A stretch of 46,073 bases of DNA from the NCBI GenBank assembly GCA_023132135.1, contig JAGLYR010000003.1, forward strand, positions 1 to 46,073, read 5' to 3'. Both the position numbers and the translations under genes were made by a program. The stretch's first letter is position 1; the number at the start of each line of letters is the position of its first letter. This DNA is from Candidatus Eiseniibacteriota bacterium (lineage in GTDB: Bacteria > Arandabacterota > Arandabacteria > JAGLYR01). Below, piece by piece: positions 37,001 through 44,198 of the stretch. Below the pieces are notes generated by a model. It was not told the DNA's origin and ran no database searches. It worked only from the letters and a program-made list of their open reading frames with translations.

Positions 37001-37271
37001 ATCCTTGGGGAACGGGATTTTCTCATCCGTCGTGATCGTGTCCCTGACGGACAAGTACGATCACTTTATCGACAGTGGCGTGATCGACTTCTACCTGGAT
37101 ACAGGCCGTGCGATCTGCGAGCCGTGGACGGTCGTGACCGACGAGAGCGGAACGGCCTTCACAACGGTGACGGTCCCGGGCGGCGAGGAGGAATCCGGGT
37201 TGGTCTTCGCCGTGATCGCCAGGCTCAGAGGAACGAGCCTGGAAACATCGGTCGATCTGAAAGTCGACTAG
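34077..37271 (+). CDS. Invasin/intimin-type Ig-like (Big_1) repeat lipoprotein, ~10 repeats
   Basis: Hydrophobic segment ending LWMGC (lipobox-like); recurring A.P..I.ADG.S...TA.(V)KD..GNP and TD..G.A.A motifs. Confidence 0.8.
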   Translation: MRARAWKDGNGCPVVPAGRTGRVTVVMLLGLSAGLGLWMGCAEEPVSPSAPPFEPSYFIESVSASPGQVGVGGSSSTISALVVDRDGNPAEGVAVVFDAESWGTIVGEAVTDSSGVATAVFTSGQSEGLAKIIAHVGAFSRSTVVLVGQGSLEASPSILLANGLETSLITAKVINAIGRADSGTVVAFQTTAGSITPRGVADAAGVVMATLTGPASREDISAVVTATVESGDPQSQNDAFGITLVTFKGITLEVGASPLTIPADGSSQSTLTAVLKETSSMIPIAGEAVRFASDKGVVVGEAETDERGHGIGTLTSSMEPGAVRVIASYGNTLADTVEVVFSSLALSLSAEPPTVRGDGVSQVEVRAVLKDLTGEALPQRIVGFDTNVGLVTASDTTNSSGLTMATFTAPAVARDTTAIISVSSLGVVSTLEIPVRGLSLVLTAEPATLVADGSSQSEVRVTLREATSGEPIPSEVVWLETNLGSVDSMAVTNSEGVAAATFHGGPYTGTATIRAEYGGGVVSTAMVEVVEVEIASIVLSARPGAIYANGWSNAHVLAFVKDSGNRAVPDGLIVKFYTSSGLITAQALTESGIANAVLTSGTGVESGVEVVAVCQGMSDTTHVDFIPGVAASMELSVMPDSIPADGSTTASLIATVQDSIGHPVKDKTLVTFMIVVDLADTSAADTVIVSSTTTNGIASTSYTAATHAGLAIIKATVGDVSADATLVLTASGVSSIVLSSNRPSITVQGVGGIETATVTAEVRDKNGNPVAEGTEVGFSIISGPGGPTEENLNNQGWGPVEIPTANGRASVTLSAGTESGIVGLLATCGGVEAQDAEITIDSGPPDTLMTSVNLGLVSEGGDGIYSLIVATIVRDQYGNPVENGNAVYYDIGTGEPHVMIEGNAHTGNDIDCNQTWPAPAMKGVARTCLSFTSEAIFENVRVYAHAFNGQREISTYLDIGLPLFGGEILITASPRSLGNGIFSSVVIVSLTDKYDHFIDSGVIDFYLDTGRAICEPWTVVTDESGTAFTTVTVPGGEEESGLVFAVIARLRGTSLETSVDLKVD

Positions 37272-37321
37272 CGCAGCTTGGCGCACGTGATGTGCGGCGG
37301 CGCGCTCAAGGAGTTGTAGGG

Positions 37322-38092
37322 ATGAAACGCCTGCTGGCAGTCATGATGTCCGGTTTCCTGGTTTACGCTGTTCCGGCCGGGGCCGTTGTGGTTGGAAACC
37401 CTTCCGGGGTCATGGGAAAGGGAGAGATTTCCCTGGGGCTGGAGAGCGAACGGTTCGAGGACGTCTTCGACACCGACGAGGTCTGCTCCCAGCGCTACTT
37501 GGCCAAGATGAGCTACGGTCTCACCGGATTCATGGACGTGTTTGCCAGGATTGGAAGCGGCGCACTGAATGTGATGCCCGAGGGTTCCGCTGCCGGATCG
37601 GGATTTACCGGGGATTCGCGGATGGCTCTGGGTGGAGGCGTACGCGCGGAGACCGCCAGGGTTTCCGGCCTCGGGGGATGCAGATTCTTCACGACAGTTC
37701 AGTGGCTCCAGTTCAACTCTGCAGGAGAGTTTCTCCGCGAGCTGAGGCACAAGGACTACACGTGGGAGGAACGCCTTGAAACCTCCTACCGGTGGAGGGA
37801 AATCGGCGCCGCGTTTGGTATGAGCCGGGCGTTCAAGAAAGTGGCGATCCATGGAGGGTTGGCCTTCACAAGAATAAACGGGGACGTGCACCGTAACCAG
37901 TACGTTCTCTCGGAGAGTGGTTCGGTGAAGGTCGGAGAGGGCAGCGAGTATTTCACCGAAGGGCCGGGCAGCGGGCTGTTCTTCGGCTTCGACATCCCCC
38001 TGTCGGGAACGCTCCGATTCAGCACGGAATACCAGCTCAATGATCGGAACCACGGGACTCTGTCTTTGGGAATTAGTGAGACTATGGACTAG
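37322..38092 (+). CDS. Small outer-membrane beta-barrel protein (hypothetical)
   Basis: Signal peptide MKRLLAV...AGA, VGNP motif, alternating hydrophobic/aromatic strands (DVFARIG, LFFGFDI). Confidence 0.6.
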   Translation: MKRLLAVMMSGFLVYAVPAGAVVVGNPSGVMGKGEISLGLESERFEDVFDTDEVCSQRYLAKMSYGLTGFMDVFARIGSGALNVMPEGSAAGSGFTGDSRMALGGGVRAETARVSGLGGCRFFTTVQWLQFNSAGEFLRELRHKDYTWEERLETSYRWREIGAAFGMSRAFKKVAIHGGLAFTRINGDVHRNQYVLSESGSVKVGEGSEYFTEGPGSGLFFGFDIPLSGTLRFSTEYQLNDRNHGTLSLGISETMD

Positions 38093-38114
38093 GAGCAGTA
38101 CCTAGTCCGTAGTC
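38080..38114 (+). terminator. Stem-loop at the end of the pil cluster (possible terminator, no U-tract)
   Basis: GACTATGGACTAGG-agcagta-CCTAGTCCGTAGTC, 14-bp stem with one G-U pair. Confidence 0.4.
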
Positions 38115-38137
38115 CCTGGTTCACGGAGAAGAGCATC

Positions 38138-38162
38138 GTAGGGGCGACCCGGTGGGTCGCCC
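38138..38162. repeat. GTAG-family REP element
   Basis: GTAG followed by palindrome GGGCGACCC-ggt-GGGTCGCCC. Confidence 0.65.
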
Positions 38163-38312
38163 TTCTTGCGTGGGTTGAAGCCCCCGGGCGGAGTTTCTTC
38201 CCTTGACACACGCTCCTGTCACTGCTACACATAGGTGTGATTCCCGCTGGTTGCCTTCAGAACTGTGCGGTTGGGTGTGGGTGGTGGGGTTCCTCTTGGG
38301 GTGGTCCTGGGT

Positions 38313-38870
38313 ATGATCCGAATTACGGGCGGGACGCTGCGCGGGCGAAAACTCAAGACCCTCGATGGAAGCTGCTCGCGACCAACCCTCTCCCGAGTCC
38401 GGGAAGCCATCTTCAACATTCTGGGACAGACAGTCCGAAGTGTGACGTTCGTCGACCTCTTCTCGGGGGTGGGGACGATGGGGATCGAGGCCCTGAGCCG
38501 CGGCGCGGAAGCAGCTATCTTTGTGGAGCACGATGCCCGTTGCGCGAGTATACTCAGCAAGAACCTGGAAACTCTGGGTCTTGGGCGCCGAGCGACGGTG
38601 GTCATCGCGGATGTGTCGGACTGGGTTCGGGGACCATCCTGGGACGCGGACATTGTATTTGTCGATCCTCCCTACGGCTTGGGGCTCGCCGATGGAACTC
38701 TGGAGCTTCTGGGACGGAGTGGGGACAAGCGGCTCGACTGTGTGCTTGTGCAGCACGAGCCGAAGCTCACCCTGCCGCAGGAAGCAGGAATACTCCGGCA
38801 GGTCCGGTCCGGACGATATGGGGATACGGTGGTCGATGTCTACGAACCGGCGACGGTGGGGGCGCCGTGA
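38313..38870 (+). CDS. rsmD: 16S rRNA (guanine966-N2)-methyltransferase
   Basis: MIRITGG.LRGRKL, RPT..RVREAIFN, DLFSGVG..GIEALSRGA, DPPY; upstream of coaD. Confidence 0.92.
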   Translation: MIRITGGTLRGRKLKTLDGSCSRPTLSRVREAIFNILGQTVRSVTFVDLFSGVGTMGIEALSRGAEAAIFVEHDARCASILSKNLETLGLGRRATVVIADVSDWVRGPSWDADIVFVDPPYGLGLADGTLELLGRSGDKRLDCVLVQHEPKLTLPQEAGILRQVRSGRYGDTVVDVYEPATVGAP

Positions 38871-38885
38871 GAGGAAGGATTTGCC

Positions 38886-39365
38886 ATGAAGCTGCTGCTT
38901 TACCCCGGCACCTTTGACCCTGTGACCGAGGGGCACGTCGACTTGATGAGGCGAGGCCTGAACCTGTCCGATCGAGTTCTGGTCGCGGTGGCCGACAGCA
39001 AGAGCAAGGACCCCTTCTTCAGTCTGGAGGAGCGGGTAGCGATGATTCGGGAAGTGACCCGGGAGATGAAGAACATTGACGTGGAACCCTTCTCCGGGCT
39101 GGTGGTGAATCTGGCCAGGGCAAGAAACGCCGGCGCGATCCTGCGGGGTCTCCGGGCGGTATCGGACTTCGAGTATGAATTCCAGATGGCCCTTATGAAC
39201 CGGCAGCTGGACCAAGAGGTGGAAACGATGTTCCTGATGCCCAGCGCGCGATACACATACCTGAGCGCTTCCATGATCCGGGATGTGGCGCAGATGGGTG
39301 GTGATGTCAGCACGATGGTTCCCCCGGAAGTTCACAAGAGGTTGAGGAAGAAGCTCGCGACATAG
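38886..39365 (+). CDS. coaD: Phosphopantetheine adenylyltransferase
   Basis: YPGTFDPVTEGH, LRGLRAVSDFEYEFQMALMN. Confidence 0.97.
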   Translation: MKLLLYPGTFDPVTEGHVDLMRRGLNLSDRVLVAVADSKSKDPFFSLEERVAMIREVTREMKNIDVEPFSGLVVNLARARNAGAILRGLRAVSDFEYEFQMALMNRQLDQEVETMFLMPSARYTYLSASMIRDVAQMGGDVSTMVPPEVHKRLRKKLAT

Positions 39366-39418
39366 TCGGCGGAAGTGCGAGGGCGCGAGAGTGCGAGGGC
39401 GCGAAAGGATGAGAGGGC

Positions 39419-40846
39419 GTGATAAGTCGGGCGTTCGTCAGGGAACTCAAGCGTGCGGTTGGATCTGACCTCATTCTGGACAAGGTGGAGGATCGCACCT
39501 GCTATGGCTTCGACGCTACGGGGATCTTCCAGCTCCCCGATGTCGTAGTCTGTCCGACGCGGCCGGAACACGTGGTGTACGTGGTTCGGCTTGCGCGCCG
39601 GGAAGGATTGCCGATTACGCCCCGCGGTGCGGGGACGGGGTACAGTGGGGGAGCCGTTCCCGTCCGACGGGGAATTGTCCTGGCCATGGAGCGGATGAAC
39701 CGGATCGAGAGCGTTAGCCGGGCCGATGGTGTGGCGGTCGTAGAGGCCGGGGTTGTCAATGGGGTTCTGCAGCAGGCTGCGTTGCGGGCTGGACTGTTCT
39801 ACCCTCCGGATCCCGCCAGCTGCGAGTTCTCCACTCTGGGAGGAAACATCGCGGAGTGCGCCGGGGGACCGCGGGCTCTCAAGTACGGAGTCACGCGCGA
39901 CTACGTCGCCGGGTTAGAGTTCGTCACGCCTGAAGGCGCGCTGGTACGATGCGGCGTGTTGGCGGAAGGATCACTGGCGCCGTACGACTTGGCGGGAATT
40001 CTGTCCGCTTCGGAGGGAACGCTTGGCGTCATCACGAGGTGCGCGCTCCGGGTGATTCCCGAGCCGCCCCATTATCGCACGCTGCTGTTCTCGTTCAGCA
40101 GGCTGTCAGAGGCTGCTGAGGCCGTTGTCCTGTTGACATCGGCGAACGTGGTGCCCTCCGTGGTGGAGCTGGTAGATGAGAGTTGTCTCAAGGCGGTCCG
40201 ATCGGCAGGGACTTCGGATCTGCCGATCGGGGAGGGTCAGCTTCTGCTCGTGGAGGTGGACGGGGAGGAAGAGGAGGTGGAGGACACCGCTCGACGGGTT
40301 GAGAGGGTCGCGGAAAAGGCGGGATGCACCGGGCACTGGACCTCTTCCAGCGAGAGCGAGAGGGAGAATATCTGGTCGATGCGGAGAGCCATCTCGCCGG
40401 CCCTGGCGAAGCTGTCGCCTACCAAGGTCAACGAGGATGTGTGCGTACCCCGGAGCCAGCTATCGCGACTTGTCGGGAGGATTGAAAGCCTGTCCCGAGA
40501 GCACGATCTTCTGATTCCTGTTTTTGGTCATGCAGGGGATGGAAACCTCCACGTCAACTTCATGGTGGACCGGAACAAGGCGGAGCAGATGACGCGGGCA
40601 GAGCGCGCTGTCGAGGGTCTGCTCAGGGCCACACTGGATCTGGGGGGAACCCTCAGTGGAGAGCACGGCATCGGTCTCAGCAAGGCGCCCTTCCTGGAGT
40701 GGGAGATGGGCCGCTCCGGCCTCCGGCTGATGCATGACGTCAAGGGGGCCGTGGATCCGGAGAATCTCCTGAATCCGGGGAAGGTGGGGCCCGATGGGGC
40801 AACAGGGGGAGGGAGCGAGGGCGCGAGGACCTCGAAATGTTCGTAG
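39419..40846 (+). CDS. FAD-linked oxidase (GlcD / D-lactate dehydrogenase family)
   Basis: [64 protein letters not shown]. Confidence 0.9.
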   Translation: MISRAFVRELKRAVGSDLILDKVEDRTCYGFDATGIFQLPDVVVCPTRPEHVVYVVRLARREGLPITPRGAGTGYSGGAVPVRRGIVLAMERMNRIESVSRADGVAVVEAGVVNGVLQQAALRAGLFYPPDPASCEFSTLGGNIAECAGGPRALKYGVTRDYVAGLEFVTPEGALVRCGVLAEGSLAPYDLAGILSASEGTLGVITRCALRVIPEPPHYRTLLFSFSRLSEAAEAVVLLTSANVVPSVVELVDESCLKAVRSAGTSDLPIGEGQLLLVEVDGEEEEVEDTARRVERVAEKAGCTGHWTSSSESERENIWSMRRAISPALAKLSPTKVNEDVCVPRSQLSRLVGRIESLSREHDLLIPVFGHAGDGNLHVNFMVDRNKAEQMTRAERAVEGLLRATLDLGGTLSGEHGIGLSKAPFLEWEMGRSGLRLMHDVKGAVDPENLLNPGKVGPDGATGGGSEGARTSKCS

Positions 40847-41862
40847 ACGAAGCCGTCATTGAAATTTCCTCTGGTGCGGGTGGAAACGGATGCGTCAGTT
40901 TCCGGAGGGAGAAGTTTGCCCCCAAGGGAGGACCGGATGGTGGCGATGGGGGAAACGGCGGGCGGGTAATTGTCAAGGTTGTGCCACAGATCCGAACGCT
41001 GGTCGACTTCCGGTTCCGAAAAGCATTCCGGGCGGGGCGCGGCAGGCACGGTCAGGGGAACAACAAGACGGGACGCCAGGGACGTGATGTGACAATCCGT
41101 GTGCCGCGGGGGACGGTTATGAAGGACTCCCGCGGGCGGGTTCTGGCGGATCTGGTTGAACCGGGGGAGAAGCGGGTTCTTCTTCAGGGGGGCCGGGGGG
41201 GGCGCGGTAACGCCCGTTTTGCCACCTCTACAAACCAGGCGCCCCGCCGTGCAGACCCAGGACGGCCCGCCACGACTCTTCAGTTGCATCTTGAACTGAA
41301 ACTGTTGGGGGATGTCGGCCTGGTGGGTTTGCCGAACGCCGGGAAGTCCACGATTCTGGCGCGGGTGTCCTCGGCGCGGCCCAAGGTTGCAGCGTATCCT
41401 TTCACAACCCTGGCTCCGTGGCTGGGTGTGGTGCGTATGGACGCGGAGCGCAGTTTCGTGATGGTCGACCTGCCTGGGCTCATCGAGGGGGCCCACGCGG
41501 GAAAAGGCCTGGGACATGTGTTCCTGAGGCATATTGAGCGGACCCGTGTATTGGTGTTGGTGATCGATGTTCTCGCCGGTGAGGTGGAGGACGGGTATCA
41601 GGCCCTGATGGAGGAACTGAGATCCTACAGCCCTGCGCTGGTGGAAAAACCCAGGGTAGTGGCTCTGAACAAGATCGATCTGCTGGGAGAGGCGGCGGTG
41701 GATGTCACCCTTCCTGATGAGACCTTCTGGATCTCGGGTCTCACGGGGAAGGGTGTCCGGGAAATGCTGTGGCGGCTGTTGGATCTGGTGCTCCAGCAGG
41801 ACAAAGAGGCTCCGGATTTCAATGAAGACGACGGGCATGAGACCGAGGGGGAGATGGGATAG
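40837..41862 (+). CDS. obgE: GTPase ObgE/CgtA
   Basis: MFVDE, FRREKFAPKGGPDGGDGG, GLPNAGKS, YPFTT, DLPG, NKID. Confidence 0.97.
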   Translation: MFVDEAVIEISSGAGGNGCVSFRREKFAPKGGPDGGDGGNGGRVIVKVVPQIRTLVDFRFRKAFRAGRGRHGQGNNKTGRQGRDVTIRVPRGTVMKDSRGRVLADLVEPGEKRVLLQGGRGGRGNARFATSTNQAPRRADPGRPATTLQLHLELKLLGDVGLVGLPNAGKSTILARVSSARPKVAAYPFTTLAPWLGVVRMDAERSFVMVDLPGLIEGAHAGKGLGHVFLRHIERTRVLVLVIDVLAGEVEDGYQALMEELRSYSPALVEKPRVVALNKIDLLGEAAVDVTLPDETFWISGLTGKGVREMLWRLLDLVLQQDKEAPDFNEDDGHETEGEMG

Positions 41863-41868
41863 CGTGGA

Positions 41869-42969
41869 GTGGACGCGGGTCGGTCGTGGCTTGCACTCAG
41901 CCTGATTCCGGGTTTTGGCGGGCGCGTTGGGAAAATGCTCCTGGAAGCCTTCGGGTCTCCCGACCGGATTCTGAACGCCGACCGGGTGAACCTGGAGGCG
42001 GTTCACGGGATTGGATCCAAACTCTCGCTGGCTATCCGCAAGGGCGCGGACAACGGACGCCTCCAGGAGGAAATCTGCAACCTGGAGCAGGCCGGGGCCG
42101 TGCTACTGGGAATGGGGGATGAGAGATACCCCTGGGCCTTGGGAAAGATCCACGATCCGCCGCCGGTTCTGTACCTCTTGGGACAGCTGTTGGAGCTGGA
42201 GAAGCCGCGGGTTGCCGTGGTGGGAACGCGGCGTCCGACCGATAGCGGTCTGGCCTTTGCCCGGGAGCTGGCCCGGGACCTGGCCCTGGCGGGAGTGGAG
42301 GTGGTGAGTGGCCTGGCCTATGGAATTGACTCGGCTGCGCACATGGGGGCGCTGGAGGGCCAGGGGACCACGGTAGCGGTTCTGGGATGTGGTGTGGATG
42401 TACTGTACCCGCGCCGACGGGGGGAACTGAGGGATCGGATACAGGAAAAAGGCACGCTGGTGTCTGAGTTCCCCATGCGCACCACACCGCTCCCGGAGTA
42501 TTTCCCGCGGCGAAACCGGATCATCAGCGGGCTATCTTCGGTGGTTGTTGTCGTGGAGGCGGCGAGCCGGAGTGGCGCTTTGCTGACGGCGGATCTGGCC
42601 CTTGAGCAGGGGCGTGAGGTGATGGCCGTGCCGGGATACCCGAAATCCCGGTTGTCGGAAGGTCCCAATCGTCTGCTGCAGGAAGGAGCCAAGCTGGTGC
42701 TCTCGGCCGAGGACGTGCTCGAAGAACTGCCCGTTCTCAGGATGGAGAGAGATGCTGCTGTGCCGCCCGTTCCGCGGCCGCCGGAGCCGGAAGGAGTTGA
42801 GGAGCGGAAGATTCTTGGGGCTGTGCGTTCCGGCGCGAGGTTGGTGGATGAGATTGCGCAAGCGACGGGCTTCGATGTCTCGGTGATTCTCAACAGGCTG
42901 TTGGGGATGGAACTCCGGGGACTGGTCAGAAGGATTGGTGGCGCCCGGTATGAACAGGTTGCACATTGA
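41869..42969 (+). CDS. dprA: DNA-processing protein DprA
   Basis: IHDPP.VLY, AVVGTR, VSGLAYGID, FPRRNRIISGLS, VVEA..RSG.L.TA, C-terminal winged helix. Confidence 0.95.
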   Translation: MDAGRSWLALSLIPGFGGRVGKMLLEAFGSPDRILNADRVNLEAVHGIGSKLSLAIRKGADNGRLQEEICNLEQAGAVLLGMGDERYPWALGKIHDPPPVLYLLGQLLELEKPRVAVVGTRRPTDSGLAFARELARDLALAGVEVVSGLAYGIDSAAHMGALEGQGTTVAVLGCGVDVLYPRRRGELRDRIQEKGTLVSEFPMRTTPLPEYFPRRNRIISGLSSVVVVVEAASRSGALLTADLALEQGREVMAVPGYPKSRLSEGPNRLLQEGAKLVLSAEDVLEELPVLRMERDAAVPPVPRPPEPEGVEERKILGAVRSGARLVDEIAQATGFDVSVILNRLLGMELRGLVRRIGGARYEQVAH

Positions 42970-43871
42970 ACTGGAAGGTGTTCTCACACAAGATTGAGTA
43001 CGCCGCCGTGCAAGGAATAGCGGTGGCCGCGCGCGCGTTGCCTCTCCGTCTGGGGCTTGCCTACGGGGCGTTCCTCGGATGGCTTGTGTTCGATGTCTTC
43101 CGGGTTCGCCGTCGGGTGACTCTGGACAATCTGCGTAATGCTCTGGGGGAGCAGACCCCGGAAAAAGAGAGAGTTGGGATCGGGCGGCGGACATACATGA
43201 ACTTCGGACGGTTCATGATAGAATTCTGCCGGTTTCCGCTCCTGTCGGCGGACAACATCGGATCGCTGGTGGAATTCCGCGGCATCGAGCACCTCGAGCA
43301 GGCACTGGAACGGGGCAAGGGAGTTATCATCCTGTCACCCCACTTCGGCAATTGGGAACTCCTTGGAGTCGGGCTCAAACTCATCGGCTACAGGATGAAT
43401 TTCCTGGTGGGGGAGCAGCACAACAAGGCTGTGGACAGTCTGATGAACCAGCTTCGCCTCTCTACAGGTGTGGGCATCATCCCGAAGGGCTATGCTCTCC
43501 GGGGCGTAATCCAGGCGCTGAGGGGAAACGAGCTGGTGGGCCTTCTGGCGGATCAGGACGCAAGGGGCAGCGGGTGCTTCGTGGAGTACTTCGGGCGGCC
43601 GACCTCCACACCGCGGGGGCCGGCCAGTTTTGCCCTCAAGACGGGAGCTGTCATCCTCCCCTGTTTCATACTCCGCAAGCCGGGCGGCCGGCATGAAGTC
43701 GTTCTGGAGAAACCCATCGACCCTGTTCCCGGTGACGACCGCGAGGAAGACGTACGCAAGTACACCCAGGCACATGTGAGCGTGCTGGAGCGCTACGTCC
43801 GCATGTACCCCGACCACTGGTTCTGGCCTCATCGGCGCTGGAAGACCAAACCACCGCCACCCCCAATCTGA
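42966..43871 (+). CDS. Lipid A biosynthesis (LpxL/HtrB-like) lysophospholipid acyltransferase
   Basis: HFGNWE, LADQD, FGRP, PDHWFWPHRRWK. Confidence 0.88.
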   Translation: MNWKVFSHKIEYAAVQGIAVAARALPLRLGLAYGAFLGWLVFDVFRVRRRVTLDNLRNALGEQTPEKERVGIGRRTYMNFGRFMIEFCRFPLLSADNIGSLVEFRGIEHLEQALERGKGVIILSPHFGNWELLGVGLKLIGYRMNFLVGEQHNKAVDSLMNQLRLSTGVGIIPKGYALRGVIQALRGNELVGLLADQDARGSGCFVEYFGRPTSTPRGPASFALKTGAVILPCFILRKPGGRHEVVLEKPIDPVPGDDREEDVRKYTQAHVSVLERYVRMYPDHWFWPHRRWKTKPPPPPI

Positions 43872-43872
43872 C

Positions 43873-44169
43873 TTAGAACCCTATGTTGTCCCTCGCATCG
43901 TCCGGCCCGGCTTTCCGGATGGCCCCGTACTTGTCTTCGAAAGCCTTGATGTTCTTCTCCAGCAGATCAAGGAGAGCCTTCGCGTGCTGGGGCGTTGTGA
44001 TGACCCGGGAGTAGATCTTTGCCTTCTGCGCTCCGGGCACAATGCGGGCGAAGTCGATGATGAACTCGGCTGGTGAATGGGTTATAAGGGCGAGGTTGGA
44101 ATAGATACCTTCGGATTCCTTTTCCCCCAGCTCGATCTGGAGGGGGCGTCTCTGCTTTTCCATCTCCAT
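43873..44169 (-). CDS. DUF3467-family protein
   Basis: GIYSNLA.I.HS..EFIIDF, SRVITTPQHAK.L, FEDKYG.I. Confidence 0.8.
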   Translation of the reverse strand: MEMEKQRRPLQIELGEKESEGIYSNLALITHSPAEFIIDFARIVPGAQKAKIYSRVITTPQHAKALLDLLEKNIKAFEDKYGAIRKAGPDDARDNIGF

Positions 44170-44198
44170 GTCCTCCAAGGTTGGTGACTTCCGCCGGG

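Noticed and set aside
38203-38231. sigma70 promoter upstream of rsmD (perfect TTGACA)
   Set aside because: The -10 at 17-nt spacing (TACACA) lacks the conserved final T; too weak to call
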